Part shown: piece after piece, positions 16,503-24,752 of the stretch
How positions within the stretch are numbered: the stretch's first letter is position 1
Layout of the letters: each line of letters begins with the position of its first letter
Source: Chloroflexota bacterium
GTDB lineage: Bacteria > Chloroflexota > Anaerolineae > Anaerolineales > Anaerolineaceae
Length of the DNA stretch: 29,038 nt
Assembly: GCA_019136175.1 (NCBI GenBank)
Contig: JAGVUS010000120.1
Span: 1 to 29,038, forward strand
Reading direction: 5' to 3'
Program-made: the position numbers and the translations under genes
The notes under the pieces: generated by a model
What the model was told of the DNA's origin: nothing
The model's input: the letters and a program-made list of their open reading frames with translations, nothing else
The model's database searches: none

Positions 16503-18440
16503 TCAGGTGGCGACCTGGTTGCGACCGGCTTGCTTGGCAGCGTACATGGCGTGGTCAGCAAGCTTCATCAGGGTTTGAATATCCTGGATGGAGGACGTCA
16601 GCGTGGATACACCGAGGCTGATGGTCGCATCGACGATCAAACCGGCATCGACGAGAAACGGGATATTAACAACTGCAATCCGCAGCTGCTCGGCAACCTG
16701 ACAGGCTTCCTCCAGGGAAGTATTGACGAGCAGAATCAAAAATTCATCTCCACCCCTGCGCCCCAGGATATCAGTTGGACGGGTGTTTTGACGAAGGCGC
16801 TCAGCCAATACCTGCAAAACCTGGTCTCCCAGATCGTGATCATAGGTGTCATTGATGGACTTGAAATGGTCGATGTCCAGCAGGATTGCCGAGAGGGGTA
16901 AATTGTGCTGCCTGGCATGGTTCACCTGCTGCTGTCCCACCTGGTGCAGACCGCGCCAGTTTAAGAGCCCGGTCAATTCATCTGTAATCGAGATTTGACG
17001 TGTTTCCTCCAGGAGACGGGCATTTTCCAGTGCAGTGGCAGCCTGGTTGGCAAAGGCTTTCAGCCGTTCCACGTGCGTGGAGGTGTAAAAACCCGGCTGG
17101 GAACTGTCGAGATTAATGAACCCAGCGGTTTTTCCCTTAATGCGGATGGGGGCGGCAATATAGGAGCGGACCCATGCCATCTTGGGATCAAATACCCAGG
17201 TGGGATCGGTTTCCGTGTCCACAACAACCCGGGGAAGACCGTCTTGTACCATGCGAGCGAGATTGGGGAACTGCGTATAGCCTATGGTTAAATTAAGTAC
17301 TTCGTCCTCAATTCCCAGTTCCTGGTATCCCAAGCCACGCACAATCCGCGCCCGCCCATCCTCTTCGATTAGCATGATGTTGGCTGCCGTGTGGGGCAGT
17401 ACCCGCCCGACATTCGTTAGAATTCGATTGAGAACTTCCTCAAATTCCAATGTGCTGTTTAACGCAGCAGCCGTATCCGACAGGGCTTCCGCCAATGCCC
17501 GTTGTTCTTTCTCCAAAAGTTCTGTCTGCTGGCGAAAGAGGGCGGATCCAATTAAGTCGCTGGCAATTCGGAGACTTTCGATTTCCAGGGCAGACCAGAC
17601 TCTTTCGTGACTGCAATCGTCATATTCAATAAAACCCCAAAAGTTGGAACCAACCATGATGGGAAGCACCAGGATGGATTGGATGCCCTGCAGCCGGAGC
17701 AGGTCTCTTTCCCCCTGGGGCAGGTTTTCCACGGGACCCACTAATATGTCCCCCTGGCTGAGGACCAACTCCCAGCGGCTGAAGCGCTCTGCATTCAGGT
17801 GATCCACGATACATTGTGATGTTGGAGAAATCCAGTTATTGATGCGGACATATTGGGGTTTCCCAATGGGGGGGATCTGCTTCTGATAAAGTTGAATTTG
17901 ATCCAGGGAGCCGGCATTTCCCAATGCCTGGATAAAGCCGGGGATTTGCTCTTCCCATTCCGGGGCTTGTAACAAGGTGGTGGCAGCCGAACTGATTGCT
18001 TTTAATGTTGCATCCCGGCGCTCCAGAATGACCTTGTTTTGATTTTGACGTGAATACAGGCTTTCATTCTTTAGAATCAGGTCACGCAGCCAGCCGGTGA
18101 GGGATCCTCCAACAATGGTAACAAGAGACCCGGCAATTCCTCCCTGGGTCATCAGATATGCAAGAGTGGTTTCATCCATCTGGTACAAAACCACCGTATT
18201 GAGAATGGCAGCCAGAATCCCTGATATTAAACCTCCCCAAACTCCAAACAGGATGGCAGTCAGGATGACCGGTAGAAGGCTGAATGCCGTTGCCCCATAT
18301 CCCAGCGCTTTTTCCAGCGATGGCAACGCTGCAAGATAGATGCTGCCACTTACGATAGCCAGCAATAAGCGCATCCACCTGGGGACCTGGTTAACGAATT
18401 TTCTGCCTTCCTGATGATGTAATTGGGGGGGGTACGTCAA
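16503..18440 (-). CDS. Membrane-anchored GAF-GAF-GGDEF diguanylate cyclase-family protein
   Basis: About four N-terminal TM helices, two GAF domains (SILVLPIMV..WGFI, SYIAAPI..GFINL), DELTGL, LDIDHFK, RPTD I-site and GGDEF. The TTG start at 18440 is uncertain (short SD spacing). Confidence 0.9.
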   Translation of the reverse strand: MTYPPQLHHQEGRKFVNQVPRWMRLLLAIVSGSIYLAALPSLEKALGYGATAFSLLPVILTAILFGVWGGLISGILAAILNTVVLYQMDETTLAYLMTQGGIAGSLVTIVGGSLTGWLRDLILKNESLYSRQNQNKVILERRDATLKAISSAATTLLQAPEWEEQIPGFIQALGNAGSLDQIQLYQKQIPPIGKPQYVRINNWISPTSQCIVDHLNAERFSRWELVLSQGDILVGPVENLPQGERDLLRLQGIQSILVLPIMVGSNFWGFIEYDDCSHERVWSALEIESLRIASDLIGSALFRQQTELLEKEQRALAEALSDTAAALNSTLEFEEVLNRILTNVGRVLPHTAANIMLIEEDGRARIVRGLGYQELGIEDEVLNLTIGYTQFPNLARMVQDGLPRVVVDTETDPTWVFDPKMAWVRSYIAAPIRIKGKTAGFINLDSSQPGFYTSTHVERLKAFANQAATALENARLLEETRQISITDELTGLLNWRGLHQVGQQQVNHARQHNLPLSAILLDIDHFKSINDTYDHDLGDQVLQVLAERLRQNTRPTDILGRRGGDEFLILLVNTSLEEACQVAEQLRIAVVNIPFLVDAGLIVDATISLGVSTLTSSIQDIQTLMKLADHAMYAAKQAGRNQVAT

Positions 18441-18553
18441 AATTCCTCCGACATTTCCATTTTACCTGAGACTGTGTCAAAAATTCTTCACAAACCTGAA
18501 AGGTGCCCGTGGATTTTATCGTTCCCGGATTGGTCTTTCCAGTCGGAATTGGA

Positions 18554-18559
18554 TATAAT
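18554..18559 (+). promoter_or_regulatory. -10 element for the XRE-cupin regulator
   Basis: TATAAT 33 nt before ATG 18593; SD AGGAGG at 18581-18586. Confidence 0.5.
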
Positions 18560-18592
18560 GACACCAATGAAAAGGTTACCAGGAGGTTAAGG

Positions 18593-19243
18593 ATGGAAGG
18601 GTTTGGCAGAGAGGCTATTTCAGTTGATGTGGGCAAACGTTTGCGCACTTTGCGTGAGGAGCGGGGTATTTCCATTCGGGAACTGGCACGGCGAAGCCAA
18701 TTATCTGCCAATGCACTCAGCATGATTGAACGCGGGATGACCTCACCTTCCGTCAGTACTTTAAATAAACTTGCAACCGCGATGGAAGTGCCGATTACCG
18801 CCTTCTTTCGCGAAGACCCTGAAAAGGCAAGAGTGGTCCTGATGCGAGGTGGCGAGCGCCCGCGGGTTCCTTTCCTGAGAGGATTATTTGAAGGACTGGG
18901 TGGAGAAGCATACTCTGGTCGAATGGAGCCTTTTCTGCTCACACTCGAGAGCGGGGGGAGCAGCGGACCATTTGGGCTTACCCACACCGGGCATGAATTT
19001 GTTTTCTGCTTGCGGGGAAAATTGCTCTATGAAGTGGAAAACGAACGGTATGTTCTGGAAGCGGGTGACAGCCTGTTATTTGCCGCCCACCTGAAACATC
19101 GCTGGAGCAACCATAGTGGAACTGTCACCAGTGCCATTATCGTGATTTCCAGCTATGATGAAGACGATCATCCCGGTGAATACCATTTTGCGTCCATTGG
19201 TGATGAAAACGATTTTCCCCTGGAGGACGCCACCGATTTATAG
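18593..19243 (+). CDS. XRE-family HTH transcriptional regulator with C-terminal cupin domain (PuuR/SutR-like)
   Basis: VGKRLRTLREERGISIRELA...LSMIERG..SPSVSTL HTH, then cupin HTGHEF...LEAGDSLLF...HRW. Start moved to ATG 18593. Confidence 0.92.
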   Translation: MEGFGREAISVDVGKRLRTLREERGISIRELARRSQLSANALSMIERGMTSPSVSTLNKLATAMEVPITAFFREDPEKARVVLMRGGERPRVPFLRGLFEGLGGEAYSGRMEPFLLTLESGGSSGPFGLTHTGHEFVFCLRGKLLYEVENERYVLEAGDSLLFAAHLKHRWSNHSGTVTSAIIVISSYDEDDHPGEYHFASIGDENDFPLEDATDL

Positions 19244-22033
19244 ATTTAACCAGCGGGAGGCGGCAGCGGGAAGATCCCGCATGGAGCCTGCTTGTTTGTG
19301 ACAATCCGGCAGGGATTCAATAAACAACCGCCCATATTTTTTGGTTAGAAGCCGCCGGTCGAGGACGGCAACCACCCCGCGGTCAAACTGTGTCCGGATC
19401 AAGCGACCAAATCCCTGCCGAAACCGGAGGATTGCTTCCGGGATGGAATACTCATTGAATGGATCTTCAAAAGTTTCGGACCGGGCAGCGATGATGGGAT
19501 CCGAGGGGACATCAAAAGGCAGCTTGACAATGACCAGCACGGATAATGCTTCTCCGGGAATGTCCACTCCCTCCCAAAATGCCCGGGTTCCCAGCAAGAC
19601 GGCTTTTTCTGCATTACGAAAATTTTCCACCAGGGTGTTGGAGGATGCCCCTTCACCTTGTTCATAAATTTCAATACCGGACCTGCCAAGTTCGTGGGAA
19701 ATCGCCTGCGAAGTTCGTTTTAACTGGGCGTAAGAGGTGAACAGTGCAAGCATCCTGCCACTGGTGGATTTTGCCAGTTGAATCAGCGTCTGTTCCACTG
19801 CCCGCTGGTAGGCACTGTCATTCGGTTCTGGGATGTCGTTGACCAGATAAAGCAGCGCAGCAGTCTCGTAATCAAAGGGGGAGCCCACGGACAATTCATC
19901 GGCTTCGTCGGCATTCAACCGGCTGCGCAGGTATTCAAATTCTCCATGCGTGGTCAGGGTTGCGGACGTGAGAATCACGCTGGCTTTTTCATGCCAGAGA
20001 TATTGTTCCATCAATGGACCGATATGCAGCGGGGCGATCTGGAGGGCGATACGGGCATTGTTTGGTTCCTGTTCAATCCAGTAGATGAACTGGTGATCCG
20101 GTTCGCTGATCAGCGCCGTAATGTAGGTGTCCGCTTCCTTCAACCTGCGAAGCACAGTACCAAACGCTCCCAGAGAATCCAGGACTTCCTCCGGCAGGGC
20201 TTCTCCCAGGTCGTTCAAATCGGTGTGCAGATGCCCGCAGAGGGAGAGCAGCAGGTTGAGTGTTTCAGAGGCTGTCTCCCATGCCATCTCCACATCCATC
20301 CAATTGGGTTGGTTGCGGGTGGATGGGATGACACGGATCTGCTGGGTATAGGTGCCCATCGGCTGACCTTCCCGCATGCCATCAAGGAATTCGGCAATGG
20401 CGAGGAAAAACTGCTTAATGTCAGCGTCGGCACGGTAGACAAGGTCGGTTGCCCGGTTGACCTGTTGGTGCATCGAGGCAAAATCGGAAGGGCGCAGCAG
20501 GTTTCGCAGGAGGGTGAGCAGCCTTCCCAGGATCCCACTGGAGGTTCCTCCCAGCTCGCGCATCAACCGCTCCAGATCGGGCTGGGTTGCCCGATAGCTG
20601 AGCGCGTTGGTGGAGGCTTCCTCCAGGTGGTGGGCTTCATCAACGATCAGGTAGTTGTATTCCGGCAGCACCCGGTTGCCGGTGACTGCATCTGAAAGCA
20701 GGAGGGCGTGGTTGACAATGACAAGGTGGGAGGTCTGGGCAGCCTGCCGGGATTGGTAGAATGGGCAGGTTCCTCCCATGCGGCTGACACAGATTTCTGC
20801 CCGGCAGCCTTCATCTTCAGCAGAAAGGTTGACCCAGGCTAGGCGTTCATAGGGACCATTCAGGTTGATTTCACTGCGGTCTCCCTGTCCGCCTTCATGA
20901 AGCCACACCAGCACCTTGGCAAGCACGCGCATTTCTTCCACGGTTTCCGGTCCGCGTTGGCGCAAGATTTGCAGCCTGCGCGGGCAGAGGTAATTGGAGC
21001 GTCCCTTGAGAATGGTGGCGCGCAAATCCAATCCGAGGGCGGATGCAAGGTCGGGAATATCCTTTTTGATTAACTGGTCCTGCAGGTTAATGGTATTGGT
21101 GGAAACGATCACCCTGGTGTTGTTTTGGGTTGCCCAAAGGGCAGCGGGAACCAGGTAGGCAAAGGATTTTCCTGTTCCGGTGCCGGCTTCCACCAGCAGG
21201 TGATAGCCTTCGGAAAATGCCTGGGCAACCGACCGCAGCATTTCCACCTGCTGGGGACGGGATTCAAAGTTTTCAAAATACCGCGAAAAAGGTCCCCCAT
21301 ACTCCAACAGGGAAGCAGCTTCATCAAGATCCAGCGGTGTGACGGGAGGGTTGGCGGTTAGAGGATGTCCGGCTGGAGCTTCCGCCATTTGGAAGAGTTC
21401 GCCGTATTCAGATTCGTCCACATGACGTGGTTGGACGGGCTGGCGGGAGCGGGTTCGCAATACCTGCTGAAAAAGCCAGAAGCCATTCCACTCCAGTGGT
21501 TCCGCGTGCCGGACAATTTCGGCAATTAATTCAATCGGCAGCGCGGATGCCTTGTCGTACAAATCCAGGAATACGGCATGCGTCAGGCGGGCATCATCCA
21601 GGGCGCGGTGGGAATTGGGGATCAGGATATTTAATATTTGACCAAGGCTGCCCAGGTTGTAGCGGCTGGCTGTGGGCATCAACACTGCAGCCAGCTCATA
21701 GGTGTCTATGACAGGATTATCGAGCAGGATTCGCTGCTGTTGGAGAAACCCCAGGTCAAAACGGACATTATGACCGAGTACGGGTAGATCGCCGATGAAA
21801 TCCACCAGGTTCTGCAAAACTGCCCGCAGGGGTGGGGCGTTCCGTACCATGTCATTGGTAATTCCGGTGAGTTGGGTGATTTGCGGCGGAATGGGGCGGT
21901 TGGGATTAAGCAAGGTGTTCCACTCTGCTTCAATCCGCCGCCCGTTGAACCGGACTGCGGCAATTTCGATGATGGCATCCCTTTGGGAATCCAAGCCTGT
22001 GGTTTCAATATCCAGTGCAACAATGGAGGGCAT
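19238..22033 (-). CDS. dinG: DnaQ-like 3'-5' exonuclease fused to DinG/XPD-family ATP-dependent helicase
   Basis: DEDDh motifs DIETTG, HNVRFD and HRALDD; Q motif SRPQQ; Walker A EAGTGTGKS; DEAH; SATL; FWEGVD; QGFGRLIR. Confidence 0.93.
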   Translation of the reverse strand: MPSIVALDIETTGLDSQRDAIIEIAAVRFNGRRIEAEWNTLLNPNRPIPPQITQLTGITNDMVRNAPPLRAVLQNLVDFIGDLPVLGHNVRFDLGFLQQQRILLDNPVIDTYELAAVLMPTASRYNLGSLGQILNILIPNSHRALDDARLTHAVFLDLYDKASALPIELIAEIVRHAEPLEWNGFWLFQQVLRTRSRQPVQPRHVDESEYGELFQMAEAPAGHPLTANPPVTPLDLDEAASLLEYGGPFSRYFENFESRPQQVEMLRSVAQAFSEGYHLLVEAGTGTGKSFAYLVPAALWATQNNTRVIVSTNTINLQDQLIKKDIPDLASALGLDLRATILKGRSNYLCPRRLQILRQRGPETVEEMRVLAKVLVWLHEGGQGDRSEINLNGPYERLAWVNLSAEDEGCRAEICVSRMGGTCPFYQSRQAAQTSHLVIVNHALLLSDAVTGNRVLPEYNYLIVDEAHHLEEASTNALSYRATQPDLERLMRELGGTSSGILGRLLTLLRNLLRPSDFASMHQQVNRATDLVYRADADIKQFFLAIAEFLDGMREGQPMGTYTQQIRVIPSTRNQPNWMDVEMAWETASETLNLLLSLCGHLHTDLNDLGEALPEEVLDSLGAFGTVLRRLKEADTYITALISEPDHQFIYWIEQEPNNARIALQIAPLHIGPLMEQYLWHEKASVILTSATLTTHGEFEYLRSRLNADEADELSVGSPFDYETAALLYLVNDIPEPNDSAYQRAVEQTLIQLAKSTSGRMLALFTSYAQLKRTSQAISHELGRSGIEIYEQGEGASSNTLVENFRNAEKAVLLGTRAFWEGVDIPGEALSVLVIVKLPFDVPSDPIIAARSETFEDPFNEYSIPEAILRFRQGFGRLIRTQFDRGVVAVLDRRLLTKKYGRLFIESLPDCHKQAGSMRDLPAAASRWLNL

Positions 22034-22040
22034 GAGAGGG

Positions 22041-22049
22041 ATTATACCA
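22041..22049 (-). promoter_or_regulatory. Extended -10 for a probably leaderless dinG transcript
   Basis: TGGTATAAT, then 7 nt (CCCTCTC), then ATG 22033. No SD. Confidence 0.75.
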
Positions 22050-22063
22050 TTCGGGTTGTTTGT

Positions 22064-22072
22064 TGGTAGAAT
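22064..22072 (+). promoter_or_regulatory. Extended -10 for the HAD-HD gene
   Basis: TGGTAGAAT, then 8 nt, then ATG 22081. Confidence 0.6.
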
Positions 22073-22080
22073 TGGTGGAC

Positions 22081-23142
22081 ATGAATCATCCAGAGGTAAA
22101 AACCGTCGTCTTTGACTGGGGAAATACCCTGATGCAGGTATTCCCCGAATATGAAGGTCCCATGGTCACCTGGCAAAGGGTTGCCGAGGTGGATGGCGCA
22201 CATGCTGCGTTGGAAATCCTTGCCCGGTCTTACCGTCTGGTTGTGGCAACCAATGCGGCTCAATCCAGCGCAGAACAGGTGCGGGCAGCTCTCAACCGGG
22301 TGGGGTTGGGAGAGTTCATCGATTCCATTTACACAGTTCACGAGCTGGGAGCCAGAAAACCTGCGCCGGAGTTCCATGGATCACTGGCACTCAGGCTGGG
22401 TGAAAACCCATCCGGGTTGGTCCTGGTGGGGGATGAATTTGGCAACGATGTCATGGGATCCTATGTGGCTGGTTGGCGTTCCATCTGGTTAAATCCGGAT
22501 GGAAAATCCGCACCAGCACTCCTGCCTTTACAGGATGGAGAAATCACCAGCCTGAAGGAATTGCCCCGGGTTTTGGATGGTGGATGGCTTCCCCGCTATT
22601 CCGAATGCCTGGCGTGGTTAATTGGGCAAAAAGCGGGCACGAACCTGTTGACACACGTGCAGATGGTGGCGGCTGTGGCATATGCGCTGGCAGTTTTATT
22701 GCGGAGGAACGGCAAACCGGTAAACCCCATCCTGGCACACCGGGGTGGATTGCTGCATGACCTGGCAAAAATTACCAGTCAAGAGAATGAAGAGGGGATG
22801 GATCATGGAGAAATGGCAGCCCGTATTCTGGTTGACAGGGGGCAACCGGTTTTGGCGGAAATTGCCCAAAAGCATCTCCTGTTTGGGGTGTTGAATCCGG
22901 AGACAACCCCGCATACCTGGGAGGAGAAGCTGGTTTACTATGCCGATAAACTGGTCGAGGGCGGTCAACTGGCAGGTTTGGATCAAAGGATCTCCGCCCT
23001 GCAGCGACGGTATCAACTGGATGGGCAAATCTTGAAGGATGTACTGATATCTTTGCGGAAAATGGAAGATGAAATCTGCGCTTCCATTCTGTTGGAGCGA
23101 CATCAGTTGCTGGAACAGGTGCGCCGGATGATGTGGGAATAA
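22081..23142 (+). CDS. HAD-family hydrolase fused to an HD-domain metal-dependent phosphohydrolase
   Basis: HAD motifs FDWGNT, ATN, ARKP and GDEFGNDVMG. HD motifs H(VQMV), LLHDLAK, H(GEMAA), KH and YADK. Start set at ATG 22081; TTG 22060 is the alternative. Confidence 0.85.
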   Translation: MNHPEVKTVVFDWGNTLMQVFPEYEGPMVTWQRVAEVDGAHAALEILARSYRLVVATNAAQSSAEQVRAALNRVGLGEFIDSIYTVHELGARKPAPEFHGSLALRLGENPSGLVLVGDEFGNDVMGSYVAGWRSIWLNPDGKSAPALLPLQDGEITSLKELPRVLDGGWLPRYSECLAWLIGQKAGTNLLTHVQMVAAVAYALAVLLRRNGKPVNPILAHRGGLLHDLAKITSQENEEGMDHGEMAARILVDRGQPVLAEIAQKHLLFGVLNPETTPHTWEEKLVYYADKLVEGGQLAGLDQRISALQRRYQLDGQILKDVLISLRKMEDEICASILLERHQLLEQVRRMMWE

Positions 23143-23167
23143 TTTGTATCCGGATCCCCAGCGTCCT

Positions 23168-24649
23168 CTACGGTGCCAGCAGGTTGTAGTAGTTGTAAAT
23201 CCCCATGGATATTTCCGCAAACAGCCGGTTGGCATCATCCCAGATTAACTGTGCATCACGGTGCATGGAGATAACCAGGACATAATTGCCCGCCGGGGTA
23301 TAGACGATTCCGGCATCGGAGATGGAATGGATATAGCCGTCCGATTCGGTGATCCAGCCGTGTTTATGGGCAATCTGGGTGCCTTCCGGGAGACCGGCTT
23401 GAATAAGAACACCAATCCGGTTGTTTGCCAGATAGGCAATCATTCGCTGGCATTCGGAACGGCTGATCTCCCCCGGAAAAACAGCTGCAAAGGCACCGCC
23501 GCCGGTTTGAGCACACTGGTATAAATCCGTCAACAGCATACCCATGTCCACAGGGGTGGTCTGGTTGTAGGCATCCGGGAAGGTGGTCCAATCCGCGCGC
23601 TGATTGGCTGGTGTTTGGATCCTGCGGAGCAGCGGCGCACCTGGATAAAAATATCCTGCCAGGAAGCTGTTTTTCAGCCCCAGGGCTTCCAGGTCTTCCG
23701 TAACTGCAAGCGGACCCAGGTTGCCATCAAGATAATCCTGCATCAGTTGGTCAGCCGGGTCGTTTTCGGAACGGACAATCATTAATTCCATCAGGTTGGC
23801 AGCTTCCTGGGGCGTGGGTTCGTCCAACCGCCGCATCACGGAGATCATGATGGGAATCTTCATGGTGCTTGCGGCAGTAAAAGCAACTTCCGAGGGGTAG
23901 GTATCCCCCAGTGCATAAGCAAAACTGAGTTCCTGGTTTGTCTGCAAATCATATAAGTACACTTCCGTCATTCCATCAAAGCCGGAAGAGTCGATGATTT
24001 GCTGGAGAAGAATTTGCAGGTTCTGCAGGGTGGGGCGGGGGGGAGAAATCTTGCTGAATGACAGGTTCACAACCCGGTTGGTCGGCGAGCGCAACGCGTC
24101 TTCAATTAACAGTACTGCCCTATCAATATCGAGCGTGTTGCCCGATTTTCCAACTTCGAATGACGGAGTTCCAGGGATGGGTTTGGCAGCTTCTGCTGGC
24201 TGGTCGTACCGACTGGAAATTTCAGTCACCAGGTATGTCCGCAGGCGATCTTCGGAGATGCTGGCACTGAGGGGGATGTTGGTTGTGGTGCTGGATTGGT
24301 TCCACAAGTAGTTCCAGAAGGCGCTCCAGAAGGGAAGCTTTACCCTCTGCTGGTCAGCAGATGCGAGCATGGCTTCAAGGTCGAGGTCGAAGCCAGCCGT
24401 GGAGGGTTTGATCTGGATGACTGCATCCTGGTAGCGCATTTCGACGGGAACGCCATAGGCTTCCACCAGGCGGCTGGCAGCTTGTTCCCGCGTCAGACCA
24501 CCGACAGGAATGTTGGCAATGGTGGTTCCCAGCGGAAAAGCACTCCGGATACGACTGAATTGCACCAGTTGCAAAACCAACAGCAGCGCGCCGATAAAAA
24601 GCAGGGCTATGGATATCCAGGGAAGGAAATTTGTTTGATTCCTGTTCAT
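23168..24649 (-). CDS. Membrane-anchored serine hydrolase (class A beta-lactamase / PBP-A-like) with a putative peptidoglycan-binding N-terminal region
   Basis: N-terminal TM anchor and a TIANIPVGGL segment like VanW/PG-binding N-termini. SxxK (STMK), SxN (SEN), TTPVDM and KHG triad motifs. Start moved to ATG 24649 (SD GGAG). Confidence 0.85.
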   Translation of the reverse strand: MNRNQTNFLPWISIALLFIGALLLVLQLVQFSRIRSAFPLGTTIANIPVGGLTREQAASRLVEAYGVPVEMRYQDAVIQIKPSTAGFDLDLEAMLASADQQRVKLPFWSAFWNYLWNQSSTTTNIPLSASISEDRLRTYLVTEISSRYDQPAEAAKPIPGTPSFEVGKSGNTLDIDRAVLLIEDALRSPTNRVVNLSFSKISPPRPTLQNLQILLQQIIDSSGFDGMTEVYLYDLQTNQELSFAYALGDTYPSEVAFTAASTMKIPIMISVMRRLDEPTPQEAANLMELMIVRSENDPADQLMQDYLDGNLGPLAVTEDLEALGLKNSFLAGYFYPGAPLLRRIQTPANQRADWTTFPDAYNQTTPVDMGMLLTDLYQCAQTGGGAFAAVFPGEISRSECQRMIAYLANNRIGVLIQAGLPEGTQIAHKHGWITESDGYIHSISDAGIVYTPAGNYVLVISMHRDAQLIWDDANRLFAEISMGIYNYYNLLAP

Positions 24650-24734
24650 TTGATGAACTCCAAACAGCGAATCCGATTGTACCAGATTGTAGGAATCCTG
24701 CTGACGGGAAGGATGAAGATCAGAGAATTTTTTT

Positions 24735-24744
24735 AGTATATACT
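24735..24744. promoter_or_regulatory. Palindromic AGTATATACT giving a TATACT -10 box on both strands
   Basis: TATACT at 24739-24744 (+) is 8 nt before ATG 24753, and TATACT at 24740-24735 (-) points toward the serine hydrolase. Confidence 0.55.
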
Positions 24745-24752
24745 TATACATT

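Noticed and set aside
18425-18432. G8 homopolymer near the start of the GGDEF gene as a phase-variation tract
   Set aside because: Short, the frame is intact, and it may lie upstream of the true start.
19778-20695. 305-aa plus-strand ORF
   Set aside because: Antisense shadow inside dinG, with no domain signal.
19238-22033. DinG as a type IV CRISPR or anti-phage component
   Set aside because: No cas genes, repeat-spacer array or defence neighbours; the architecture fits the chromosomal DnaQ-DinG class.
23168-24649. Calling the serine hydrolase an antibiotic-resistance beta-lactamase
   Set aside because: Membrane anchor, variant SEN/KHG motifs and no evident Glu166 equivalent.
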